A DNA stretch of 61,785 bases, the filler included, from Rhabdomonas costata (Eukaryota): the NCBI GenBank assembly GCA_019059605.1. It is 19 parts of 19 records of this genome, joined end to end, with 100 filler letters (N's around TTAATTAATTAA, not from the genome) between each part and the next. Parts side by side here need not be neighbours in the genome. Positions count along the whole stretch, not along the records: positions 1 to 3,160 come from JAHMHO010001262.1; positions 3,261 to 6,419 come from JAHMHO010001263.1; positions 6,520 to 9,680 come from JAHMHO010001264.1; 16 more parts are not named here. One strand, given 5' to 3'. Below, in pieces: positions 1-9,680 of this stretch; position 1 is the first letter of the stretch; each line of letters opens with the position of its first letter. The notes below the pieces were generated by a model that was given only the letters and a program-made list of their open reading frames with translations, was not told where the DNA came from and ran no database searches. The translations under genes were made by a program, and so were the position numbers.

Positions 1-2172
1 TGTTGTGGTTTGAAAAGTTGCGCTGTAGCAAAGTGGGCAGCGAGTAGCGACAAGATAGAATTTGCTCAAAAACATATTTACCATTTTTAAAGGGACACCC
101 TGTTGTAAAAAGTAGTCAGTCGGATTTTGGAAAGGGACAAGAAACCCGTTCCTTGTTGTGTGGTAGCCAGAGTATTTGACAGAAAACCCATCAGAGCGCA
201 CCGCACACGAGCTCCTCCAGAGTCAGGAAAATCAGACTGCGGACCAGTCACTCCTTTGTCGTGGGGATCCCGCGATCGAACCATTATTCGTGCTCCGTCC
301 TACCGGGACCGCCCCTTCGCCCTACGTTTCCTTGTGGACAAGTCTTTTTCTTAGCTACGCGGCTTGCGTACACAAGGCCCTTTCGGAACGAAGGATGCCT
401 CCACGTTGACAGGAGCAAGTGGCAAACTCTCGGGCGTTTTGCCTCACCCCTGTGGAGCCGGTGGACCAGCTGAAGGTTGTTGGGGAACAAGCCCGGGTGA
501 TGTCTAACGGCACGGTATACCGTGGTGCTGGGCTGAGTGGTGGGTTGCGCTGAAGCGCGTGCCTCAAGCCGTATGGGTGGTGGATATGATCCCATGTGGT
601 CGCCGACGATCTCTGGAGTCTCAGGAAAACTCCCATCTCCACAAGGATCTGGGTCCACGTTAAATTTGGGTCGGACAAAGGAGTGGCAGCCTTTAATACG
701 GGGCTCCTGTGCGTGAAGCGCGTTGCACGCGCTCAGACTGACAAGTTTTTGCTCAGCGTCTGCGTAATTCAACAGGATAAAAGATGCCTGAGCAGAAGCA
801 GGCCGGGCCTCCCAAAACGCTGCACAAGGCCGGTTCCTGGGTTGAGGTGTTTTCCTACCACTTGCCCCGAAGTGGTGCCTCTCGGCAGCACCTTGTATCT
901 CTTTTGCAGCACTTCTTCACCCGCCACAGCAGCAGCGCAGCGTAAGGCCACGAAGCTCAACTGCGAGGAGTGCGGCATGAAGCAAGTGAATCGCCAGAGA
1001 ATTCGCCATCTTGAAGGCAAAGGAAGTGAAGTTCATAAAGAACTTAATTTTTCTTTTAAAGTCCACCAGGAACACAGCACTTTGGGAAGCATTTCACATT
1101 CAAAGTAAAACTTCTGCAAGAGCTAGCAAATAAATTGGTAATACAGGTGTGCAAATAATTTAGGAAAATGTCCATCGCGTCGAAGGCAGGCAAATTTGCG
1201 TGGAGTTCGGGCAGTGTACAAGCATTGCCAAGGAGGCCCCAAGGATTCCGGCACAAAAAGGCGAAGCGGACAGTCGCACGTCCCGCGCGGGCCGCTTGGC
1301 AAAACGAGAGGACAGTGCTGGACAAGGGAAGGCAAGCAGGGGCCACGCGGAGCAGGCGATTGCGATGGTGGGCGGTCGGGAGAGCACACTCCTTGTGGGT
1401 GAATTGTACTGTTCCTTTACACAATGGGGATAAGGAACACTCCAGAAGAGCGAACTGAAGCAGAGTAGAAAAAATAACCCTTCAAATTGTCCTGCTTCCA
1501 AAGGCGATCATCGAAGCAGTACTGCTGACGCAGCCTGCAGCCTCACGCTCAGGAAGCCGGACTACATCTTATCATCAGGGTTTCAGTACTACACATTTTG
1601 ACAACTCGAAGCTAAGCACATACTCAAGAAATGATCCTCTTGGAGTACGGCCATGAGTATCGTCTTGCTGCAAGAAGTGCTGATGGCTAATTTTTAAAAC
1701 GGGCAGTTATGGGAAAACAAGTGTCTTAAAACCCCATCGGCGAAAGTTTCGTCCCTTCTTCAATTATCATTAAACACATTATTCTTGCTTCTGATATCAA
1801 AAGCTGTTCAAATTAAATAACCTGGAGGAGACGTGGGGCGGCGGGTCTTACTGCGCAATTTCACATGGCGGACGATGATGACCTGAAGCGCCAACTTGTT
1901 CTCGAAGCAGAACGTGATAAGAAGTTAAGGCAAGAAATTGAAGATGCGGAAAAACTTGCTCAGGTTTTTCAACTCGGATTTGTGCACAGACTTTTGCAAC
2001 ATCGAAACAGAGAAAGAAACTCACCACTATTGAACAAGAAGTGTCTTGGGTTGGGTATTTCACGTTATAACCTCCTCAAAGTCACTTTTGCACATTATAA
2101 ACCTCCTCTGGCACATTATTATAAACCTCTTGTACTTGTGTTGTGGTGGAGGATGCGGAGTTGGGGAGTTTC

Positions 2173-2507
2173 CTGATCGTAGCAGTAGACACCCTTCCCG
2201 TGCATCGCACCTGTGGGCACAAGCGAACCCACACACACTCAGTTCCGAAAAACATGAGCTATTTTGTGGAGAAAGTTCAGTTCAAAAGAAGAAGACCATC
2301 TTGCCATTCTCCTTCATAGGTGTCCCCGTTGGAGAAGGTGTACTTCTCCACCTTCCCTGACTTGCCCACGTCAGAGTTAGCCATGTCCTTCAGCTCGGCC
2401 GCGATCGCAGCTTGCTGCTGAGCTTCCTCGACCTTTTCCTCTGCGCGCTGCTTCTTATTTGTACGCATCTGCTTCTTTCGTTCAATGCGCTTCCTGCGCT
2501 CTTCCTC
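2173..2507 (-). CDS. MORN-repeat protein fragment (exons 2507-2297 and 2210-~2173)
   Basis: Splicing out a GT-AG intron at 2296-2211 gives ...KYTFSNGDTYEGEWQDG/AMHGKGVYCYDQ, a complete MORN repeat, preceded by a charged helical stretch. Both gene ends are missing. Confidence 0.85.
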
Positions 2508-3160
2508 CTATGGTGGGCAGTGCACAAGTGGGCACAGCACAGGTTGCAAGATGTCCACCGGGAGGGAGAGGGGGTGTTGAACGGTTTGGCAGCGCAAATA
2601 ATTTGACCTTGTCATTCCGTTCACGCAAGACTTCCCAAGATCAAGCAAGAAAAGCAGCTGACATCTTTGCCAATGGTCCCCGATTAATCCAAGTAACCGG
2701 TGGGTTCCTCTGGTCTTTCACCTCCGGACAGTTTACCCACGACAGTCGAATACCGCTCTCCTGTACTGCGTCGTTTAACGATTACCGTTCGCCATCTTAT
2801 CGCTATATTGGCCGCGCTGTACTTGTGTGTCAGTATTTCTAACACTCTGCTGCTGTGCACCTTTCAGCTTACGATTACCGTTCGTTGCCGTTAAAATTTT
2901 TTTTGCTCTGGAGCATGTGCCAAAGCTCAACAAAAGCCGTCGTCCGGGAAGAAAAAATTTGGTGCCCCCCACTAAGCATGCTAAAGACCCCAGGCCTGCT
3001 TCGCCCATCCATCAAATTAAGAAGTCGACTGATCCATTAGCACATTGGTTTACGATTGCCGTGACTCCCACATGCGTCGGTTACCGATTACCACCACAGT
3101 GACAATGACGAAAAACACCCCAAAATGGCCCCTAAAGGCCTCTGGGGCACCTCTACCACC

Positions 3161-3260
3161 NNNNNNNNNNNNNNNNNNNNNNNNNNNNNNNNNNNNNNNN
3201 NNNNTTAATTAATTAANNNNNNNNNNNNNNNNNNNNNNNNNNNNNNNNNNNNNNNNNNNN
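3161..3260. other. Artificial contig linker N-TTAATTAATTAA-N (first of 18; others start near 6420, 9681, 12939, 16201, 19460, 22718, 25976, 29234, 32491, 35748, 38999, 42255, 45523, 48779, 52032, 55284, 58532)
   Basis: Same six-frame-stop 12-mer inside N runs every ~3.26 kb; genes are cut at these points. Confidence 0.99.
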
Positions 3261-3542
3261 GGGGGTGGTGGCAAATGTGATGGCATCTTGGAGAAATGCC
3301 ATTTGACGCGACCTCTCAACTCTCATGTGGATCACAACAAAGGGGAGTATACCCTTCGGGAGACGATAAAAGGCCAGCTTAGGGTGGTGTCGACACAGGG
3401 TATTGACGGCGCCTGGGGCAACCTCAAAAACTTCCTCAGGGCACGAGGAGGATGCTCTGCTGACCACCTGGAGAGCTCTGTGAAGGAGTTTCAATGGCGC
3501 TGGAACTTCCCTGACCACTCTGATCCTTTTTATAACGAATAG
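3261..3542 (+). mobile_element. Merlin/IS1595 (ISXO2-like) transposase, C-terminal part
   Basis: HVDHNKGEY...VSTQGIDGAWGNLKNFLR...HLESSVKEFQWRWN...DPF matches the family pattern VNH..E...TxxIEgxWxxxK...hLxxYxxEfxwRxN. Truncated by the contig start. Confidence 0.85.
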
Positions 3543-4091
3543 AGTGTATTGCGGGTGGCTGTTTTCAGTGACTTGCCTTTCGGCCTCGTGGGCGAATAAG
3601 TGTAGGTATGCCGTAGAAATATAGGGGGTCCCTAAGGTGGCCCAAACTAGCCAGGCTTGCTCAGCCCCAAAACCGGCACCACTGGGGGCATCCCATAGCC
3701 AACCATTGGGGGGACAGGGTGATGGTTTCCACACGCGGATTGTTTAGGATGCGCTCGCTTTTTGGGACGCATCTGGGTTGCCGTTTGATAAACTCAGTTT
3801 CAGCGGAGCGGATGGTCACCGTTTTTGACGCGTCCCCCTCCTTCCTCAACAGGCTCGCGCTCAAAAATTACTTTCCCATTCTCCGGGAATTTCTTGGTCG
3901 TCCACGGCAAAGGTACTCTCGCCTTTAGCTCAGCACTGGAGACAAGAGCTGAAAAACTCGACACGGAGGGAGACACCACTTCAATAATGGGTTCGCCATT
4001 TTGTATGAAAAAGAAATAGAAACTTCAAAAGCAGGGGTTTGTTGTAGACATCTTGGCCAATTTTGGTGGGCGGGCGGAGGGTCGGCCAGGC

Positions 4092-4840
4092 CTCGTCGCT
4101 CTGCCTGGCCCAGTCCATCAGCGCAGACACCGGCATCTTCACCAGCACCAACAGCTCAGTGAGGCTCACGGGCCGGCCAAGGGACGCTACGAAGGCCAAG
4201 GCCTCGTCAGACAAAGCGTTCAGAAGAACGGGACGCCACCGTGTGAAGGCCTGGTACACCGCCACAAGTTCGGACAACGTCGTCGCCACAGGAACATCTG
4301 CAGCAGCAGAGCCGAAGGGAAAAATTTGCACAATGGCGTGTGCCACGATGAAAGCAACACATTACCACAGTTGCTTTTCACGCGAGTGCCAGTTTCCGAA
4401 TGGCGTGCAGATTCAAACACATCATTAAATACCACACCGCCGACCTTTCCAAAGAAAAAGATTTCTTGTCAGACTGGCGGTAGAGGGCGACGACAGTGCA
4501 GGACTGGGGTCTTTTTCGAACACAGTTCCTATAATATGTCATACGTTTCCCAACATGGCTTTTGTTTCGCTCAAGCTCCCACTTTTCAGGGGTGGACTTC
4601 GCCTTGCGAGGAAAACCAGGGCCATGGCAGTAATATAATGCTCCATTCGCGCAACCTTCCCCTGGGTACAGGGTGGTGGCTGTGAGGGGCTCGTGTGCAG
4701 CAGCGGCACACCCCGGTGAAGGTCTGTGTTCACCTTGGCTACCCCTTGCGGGGAGAGATGCTCCAGCGCCACGACCTCGATGGTCTGCAGAGACCGGCCC
4801 AGCTGAGCCTCGAAGTACTCAAGAAGAGCAGGCATGGCTT
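4092..4840 (-). CDS. Two probable exons (4840-4712, 4297-~4092) of an unidentified protein
   Basis: GC-rich open frames join in phase 1 through a G|GTGTGC donor (4711) and a pyrimidine-tract CAG acceptor (4298). No recognisable domain. Confidence 0.45.
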
Positions 4841-5764
4841 CTTGGGGGGTATCCACGGAAGTAACGGAAAGAGCGTGCAGGAAACGAAACAAACGAAACA
4901 CAAAACGATAGCAGGTAGCAACAAGGTGCCAAAAGCCACCCGATGGCTACAAATTCCTCTGCGGACGGAGCGAAAGAACAATGCATATGAGCCCCACGTT
5001 TCCAGAAAAAAGCACAATAACAACCTCTCTCTCTCTCTCTCTCTCTCTCGAAAATACATTCTTGTTTCTTGGTTTCAGGCACACCAGTCCACTGGCCCTC
5101 TTGACGTTACGGAGGGGTGTTGGGATCCGAGCTGTGCAACTCTGCCCACAACACCAGTGCCAATATTCCTATCGCCAAGACTTGCCGCCTCCGCGCACGG
5201 CTACCCCGGCTGTTCTGTTGGTTTGAGTCACCCGTCTGCAACGGAATTAGCAGAGGCTCTCGTCTTGAGGGTATGAAATAGTGAGACAGTAATATGCTCC
5301 CTCTTAATATGGGGGGGGGGTTCAAGTGATGTGTGCGCTCTTGAGAGGTCCGCATTTCGCCCATGGCGGCTCTTTCCGCCCCTCCCCTCCCTTAAGAGTC
5401 CGGATTTTGTGCGCGGTCGTCTTTTCCAACTTTTCCGTGGTGGTTGTACCTATTCAAAACATTGCCCGTGCCATCTCAAAGTGCGAGGTTAAAAAAGCGT
5501 CACCATAATGTTACCTTTTGGACTTGCAGGGCTTTTAGGATAGTAAAATAGTCTCCCTTTGAAAACCATGACAGAACAGTTGTTTCGAAAGGATTGGAAA
5601 CTGCTAAATTTAGGTGAGAGGCCAGTGCAATTACTCAAAATGCCCGTACCCACCGCTTGCCGCGCATTGTGACGAAGCACCGCAGCATCAACTGTGCGAT
5701 TTTGGTAGGAAACAGGCGGCCCAGGGTCTCCCGTTTCGCGGGAATAGAGGCAGGCTGGTTTTTG

Positions 5765-6419
5765 TACAAACGTTGTGGGTGCTGTGGCTGAACCCGTTGC
5801 GCTGGTGAAAGAAGCCGCAGAAGATCAAAAAGGAAGAGCCGCCTGAGTGTGCAAGGACCCACCACGCAGCGTTTCGGGAGGCCCAATGAACTGAAAAGCC
5901 CCCGGGCCTGCTTCAATTGGAGTCCTTGGGGACTCGTGCATCGCTTCCTAACCCCCTTCAAGTCTTCTATTGGAATCCCAGGGGACCCTTAGACACGTCA
6001 CAGGAACACGCAAAAGGACTCCTGTGCAGAGGGATGCGCCGCGCCAAGTGGCATGTCGCGACTGAATCTGGTTCCACCTCACACATGGTCTGACCGTTAT
6101 TGCTCAAATGCCCAAGTTTCTTTGTGAACCATCCATCTTTCGGGCATATTTCTGTCGCTCTTCTTTCACCCTCAAATCCATATCGGGAGCCACCATCACT
6201 ACTATCACTGTCGCTGCAGATGGGTAACCCAAACCATCATCACCGGGATGTTGAACTGAGGGCAAAGCTGAAGCAGGCCCACGGGCTTTTCTGTTCATTG
6301 GGCCTCCCGAAACGCTGCGTGGTGGGTCCTTGCACACTCAGGCGGCTCTTCCTTTTTGATCTTGTGCCGCTTCTTTCACCAGCGCAGCGAGTTTAGCCAC
6401 AGCACCCACAACATTTGTA
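5765..6419. repeat. ~150-bp imperfect inverted repeat (5765-5915 / 6269-6419), ~350-bp spacer
   Basis: Manual alignment of the arms shows about 9 substitutions; the right arm runs off the contig end. Confidence 0.9.
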
Positions 6420-6519
6420 NNNNNNNNNNNNNNNNNNNNNNNNNNNNNNNNNNNNNNNNNNNNTTAATTAATTAANNNNNNNNNNNNNNNNNNNNNNNNN
6501 NNNNNNNNNNNNNNNNNNN

Positions 6520-6848
6520 GTTTTTGGGGCTGAATGATTCCAAAGCTCCTGTGGCGTAGATGATTGCCACCTTATCTGGAAATCTCCGGAAATCCTTCAG
6601 CCCCAGAAATTTGCTGGATTCCCGTCGTACTTCGGGAACTCTTGATCTTTCTCTTGCAACGTTCGCAACGCTCCGGCAACTTCTTGGACTGTGGATGCGG
6701 GCGCCACTCCTCCACTCTGCGAACTTTCTACTGGGGTCCCAGCAACCACTCTGCGCAGAAACTCCTGAGTAAGTTCGTGATTTGCCCTCTGTTGCTGCTC
6801 CATGCTCTGAAAGAATGAAACCATTTGAGTAAAAAAATTATGCTCCAT
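6520..6848 (-). pseudogene. Ty3/gypsy-type gag N-terminus (disrupted)
   Basis: MEHNFF...EFPKYDGNPANFWG* contains the gag PxFxG...W motif; lies downstream of the LTR and PBS array. Confidence 0.65.
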
Positions 6849-7200
6849 CGGTGGCGCGGGTGCTGCGCTTGGGTTAGGGGGCGGGGATTTCCTGACATGA
6901 CTCGTATCCCCCTCTTAATACCACTTGATGGTAGCTCCCATCGGTATTGCGCCTCTGGAAGACATCCACTCGGGGGGGGGGTAATTGTGTGCCTCTGTGC
7001 TCAGAATTCGCGGTTAGGTCGCTTGGGTCTCCTCGCGTCCTCTGCGGTGCCCTTGAGCCCGCGTCCTTTCCCCTACTAATCCCCTGTGTGGATTGATCAA
7101 CCGTAAATCTCTACCCGCACTATGTGGATGGATTGTTTGCCTATCTTCTCTTGTTTCCGCGGCCTTACTCGCTAGGGGGGGGTCTTTTGCGCTCTAAACA

Positions 7201-7526
7201 CCTGAAACCACTTGTAAATGTGGATCACCACTCGCTTGATTTCCACGCGGACTCTGCACCAAATGCGCTCAATTCGGTCCATGGCAAACTCTGCTAACAC
7301 GTGCCAACGATGCACGCTGCACTCTTCAGGGGCTTGGACTTTCAACGATACTCTGCTACCAGGTGTCACAAAGTGATACTTTGTACTCCAACACAGAGCT
7401 GCGCTCCTCGTGCCGCACATGGCTTTCTCGACTTATTCCTCTGCTACCAGGTGTCAACCTGGTAGAACTTTCATCGCACGTTGCGCTAAAAGCGGGTCAT
7501 AAACAATCCTCTGCTACCACGTGTCA
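7201..7526 (-). repeat. Array of six LTR-terminus + tRNA-iMet primer-binding-site units
   Basis: Minus strand: TGACA-cg-TGGTAGCAGAGGATTGTTT (PBS from 7519); TGACA-cc-TGGTAGCAGAGGA (7449); TGACA-cc-TGGTAGCAGAG (7361); TGGCA-cg-TGTTAGCAGAG (7299); GCGCA-tt-TGGT-GCAGAG (7261); TTACA-ag-TGGTTTCAG (7210). Confidence 0.8.
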
Positions 7527-8050
7527 CACTTCAACTATGCTGCGGGAACTCTTACGTGGCTCCTACCTCTTTGGGTGGTCGTGCCTCTGGATCTCACTCA
7601 AGCTGGACTGTATCCCGACCTTGCTTGCACAAGGTGGGCGCTGCCTCGGCTTACCTAGGTGTCTTGGCACCTAGAACGTGGCGGAGGTCTCTTACGTTCG
7701 TCCGGGGGTCTCTCTGGTGCTCTCTGCGGGCGTCGCCTTTCTGAAACGGTGGCGGGGGTGCCAACCACTTTTCGATTTACCAAGCCGCTTCGGCGTAAAT
7801 ATGGCGACCTCTGGGGGCACAACTCTGCAGATCAGGGTGGGTCACTTGTTTCTCGTGAAAGCTGCTTTAGGCACAGGAGGGGTCTCTTGGCCGGGCCTTG
7901 GTGCTCACACCTTCTGGGCTGTGGAGTGGTTTCGCTGGGCGGGTCTCGCCGCTTATGCCTTTCTACAATCTCCCACCCAAAAAAAAGGCTGCGGAAGGGG
8001 CACGCAACAGCACACACACACCGTCATGTGTTTACCGCACTAACGCCACA
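7522..8050 (-). mobile_element. Putative LTR (~530 bp, TGT...ACA)
   Basis: Starts TGTGGCG directly after a polypurine tract and ends GTGTGACA two nt before a PBS. Only one copy is visible, so the limits rest on these signals. Confidence 0.65.
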
Positions 8051-8070
8051 CCCTTTTTCCACCTCTCTCC
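8051..8070 (-). promoter_or_regulatory. Polypurine tract (plus-strand primer site)
   Basis: GGAGAGAGGTGGAAAAAGGG (19/20 purines) abutting TGT. Confidence 0.6.
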
Positions 8071-9099
8071 ATCTGCTGGTGCCTCGGGTCTCCGCGGCTC
8101 TAGCCTGCGGTTCCGCTGTGGTTCTGCTGCACATCCTCTGTAAAAACACGATGAAAGGCGAAACGCAACACAAATTTACACAAAAACCGACCTTTTAGGT
8201 TTAATTCCGCATTAGCGGACCCACGCAATTTTCTCTCTGTGTAATTCTCGTATTTCTTGGCGTTCAGGGGCCCCAGGGTAGTCAGGACGAACTCTGAAAG
8301 CTGCCTGACCTGTGAAAACTCGGGAGAAAGATGAGAATGCAACTTTCTTCCTCCGGAACCGTGGAACACACCCTGTGGATTTCTAATGCGTTCGTGTCGT
8401 GTGCAGTCTACATCCTTCCACGTGACTTCCCTCCATTGGCCTGGCTCTCTGCCTCGCCCGGGGTCTTCCACACAGTCTCTCTGCAGGCCTTCCATCTCTC
8501 ACCTGGCCCTGCTCTGCGCGCTTTCTCGCCCAGCTGGTTGATATATAGCCTGACCCATGGCCTGGCCAGGAGCTGGCTCACGACGGGCTGAGCTTCGCCT
8601 TCTGTCTCAGCTGACCCTTGACAAAAGGGCACGATGGAAACCTCTGGAAAATGTCTATGTACCAAGCATGTGACTTTTGTTCAATTCTGTCTCTGAGTGT
8701 GAAACACCTGGGTGATCTGAACCGTTAAAGAGGGGAAATCCTCAACCCGGCGACCGAGGTTTGAATCCAACCCACCACGCTCCAAACCAAAGCCGACCAC
8801 AGACCCGTTGAAGGCTAACGATCATACGCCCGAGGTGTGCCGAAGAGAGGAAATCTGACCCCCGCCACAACGACCAGCATACGGTTACAAAGTGGAAACT
8901 TCCCATCTTCCAACTTTCTGGGTAGGTGGTCTCTTTTTTTTCTGCCGGTGGTTCTCAGAATTTTGGACGGTAGCTTTGTCTGCGCAGTACGGCTCTTCAT
9001 CTCGAGGCCGTTGTTGTAATTGCGGCGGTAGGCGTCTGCAACAAGGGAACTTTTCCCGGCAAATCACTGAAAAAAAAGCCGTGACAAAGGGGACCGCGG

Positions 9100-9680
9100 C
9101 CACCGTGGGCACGGGCACCTCAATGCCACAGTCCACTTCGGACTCAGGAATAGCAATGGACACACAGATCGCGCGACACCGGCCACATCTCAATCCTTGA
9201 AACCCCAAAGTGTGGCAATTTGTCAGGCCTCGATACGGTGTTGGACTACTGCCCCTGGAAAAGGATAGAAAGGTTAGTATCATTGTGTGAGTGTGTAATT
9301 TTGTGTGGGTGCTCGTGGACCATACCACATCAGCAACAGCAGCATTCCGAAAACTTCAGGGGCAAAAAGCGCGCGCTCTGGACGGAATGTGTGTGAGAGA
9401 TTTCAGCAGTCTGAATACAGCCCCAAAAACCGCCTTTCAGCTGCCGCGCCGGCCTCTGGAAGTTCCACCTTAGGCTCCTCGGATTCTCCGCCATCACTTT
9501 CGCCTGGATGTACCCTTCCAAGCCTATTACAAACAGGTACTGCAATAAGGTCTCGCTCTCAAACATCGTTCCATACAGCAAATTCATCCCAGTCACAAAC
9601 TGCTGATGGTAAAACTGAAAGTTTCCTTCTGACATCTTCCAACCTCCAAACCACACTATAGTCCCAGGTATGGCGCACAA
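9100..9680 (-). pseudogene. Ty3/gypsy-type gag middle/C-terminal remnant
   Basis: FYHQQF...LLQYLFVIGLEGYIQAKVMAENPRSL fits Y...F...L...FxxGL...I...V....PxxL; a frameshifted zinc-knuckle-like remnant (CVHC...VALRCP) lies near 9110-9165. Confidence 0.55.

Noticed and set aside
3205-3216. TTAATTAATTAA as a biological repeat or piggyBac target
   Set aside because: Always centred in N runs; it is an assembly linker.
7201-7526. True CRISPR array
   Set aside because: The repeat is only ~18 nt, the periods are irregular (38-88), there are no cas genes, the context is eukaryotic, and the repeat is explained as LTR end + PBS.
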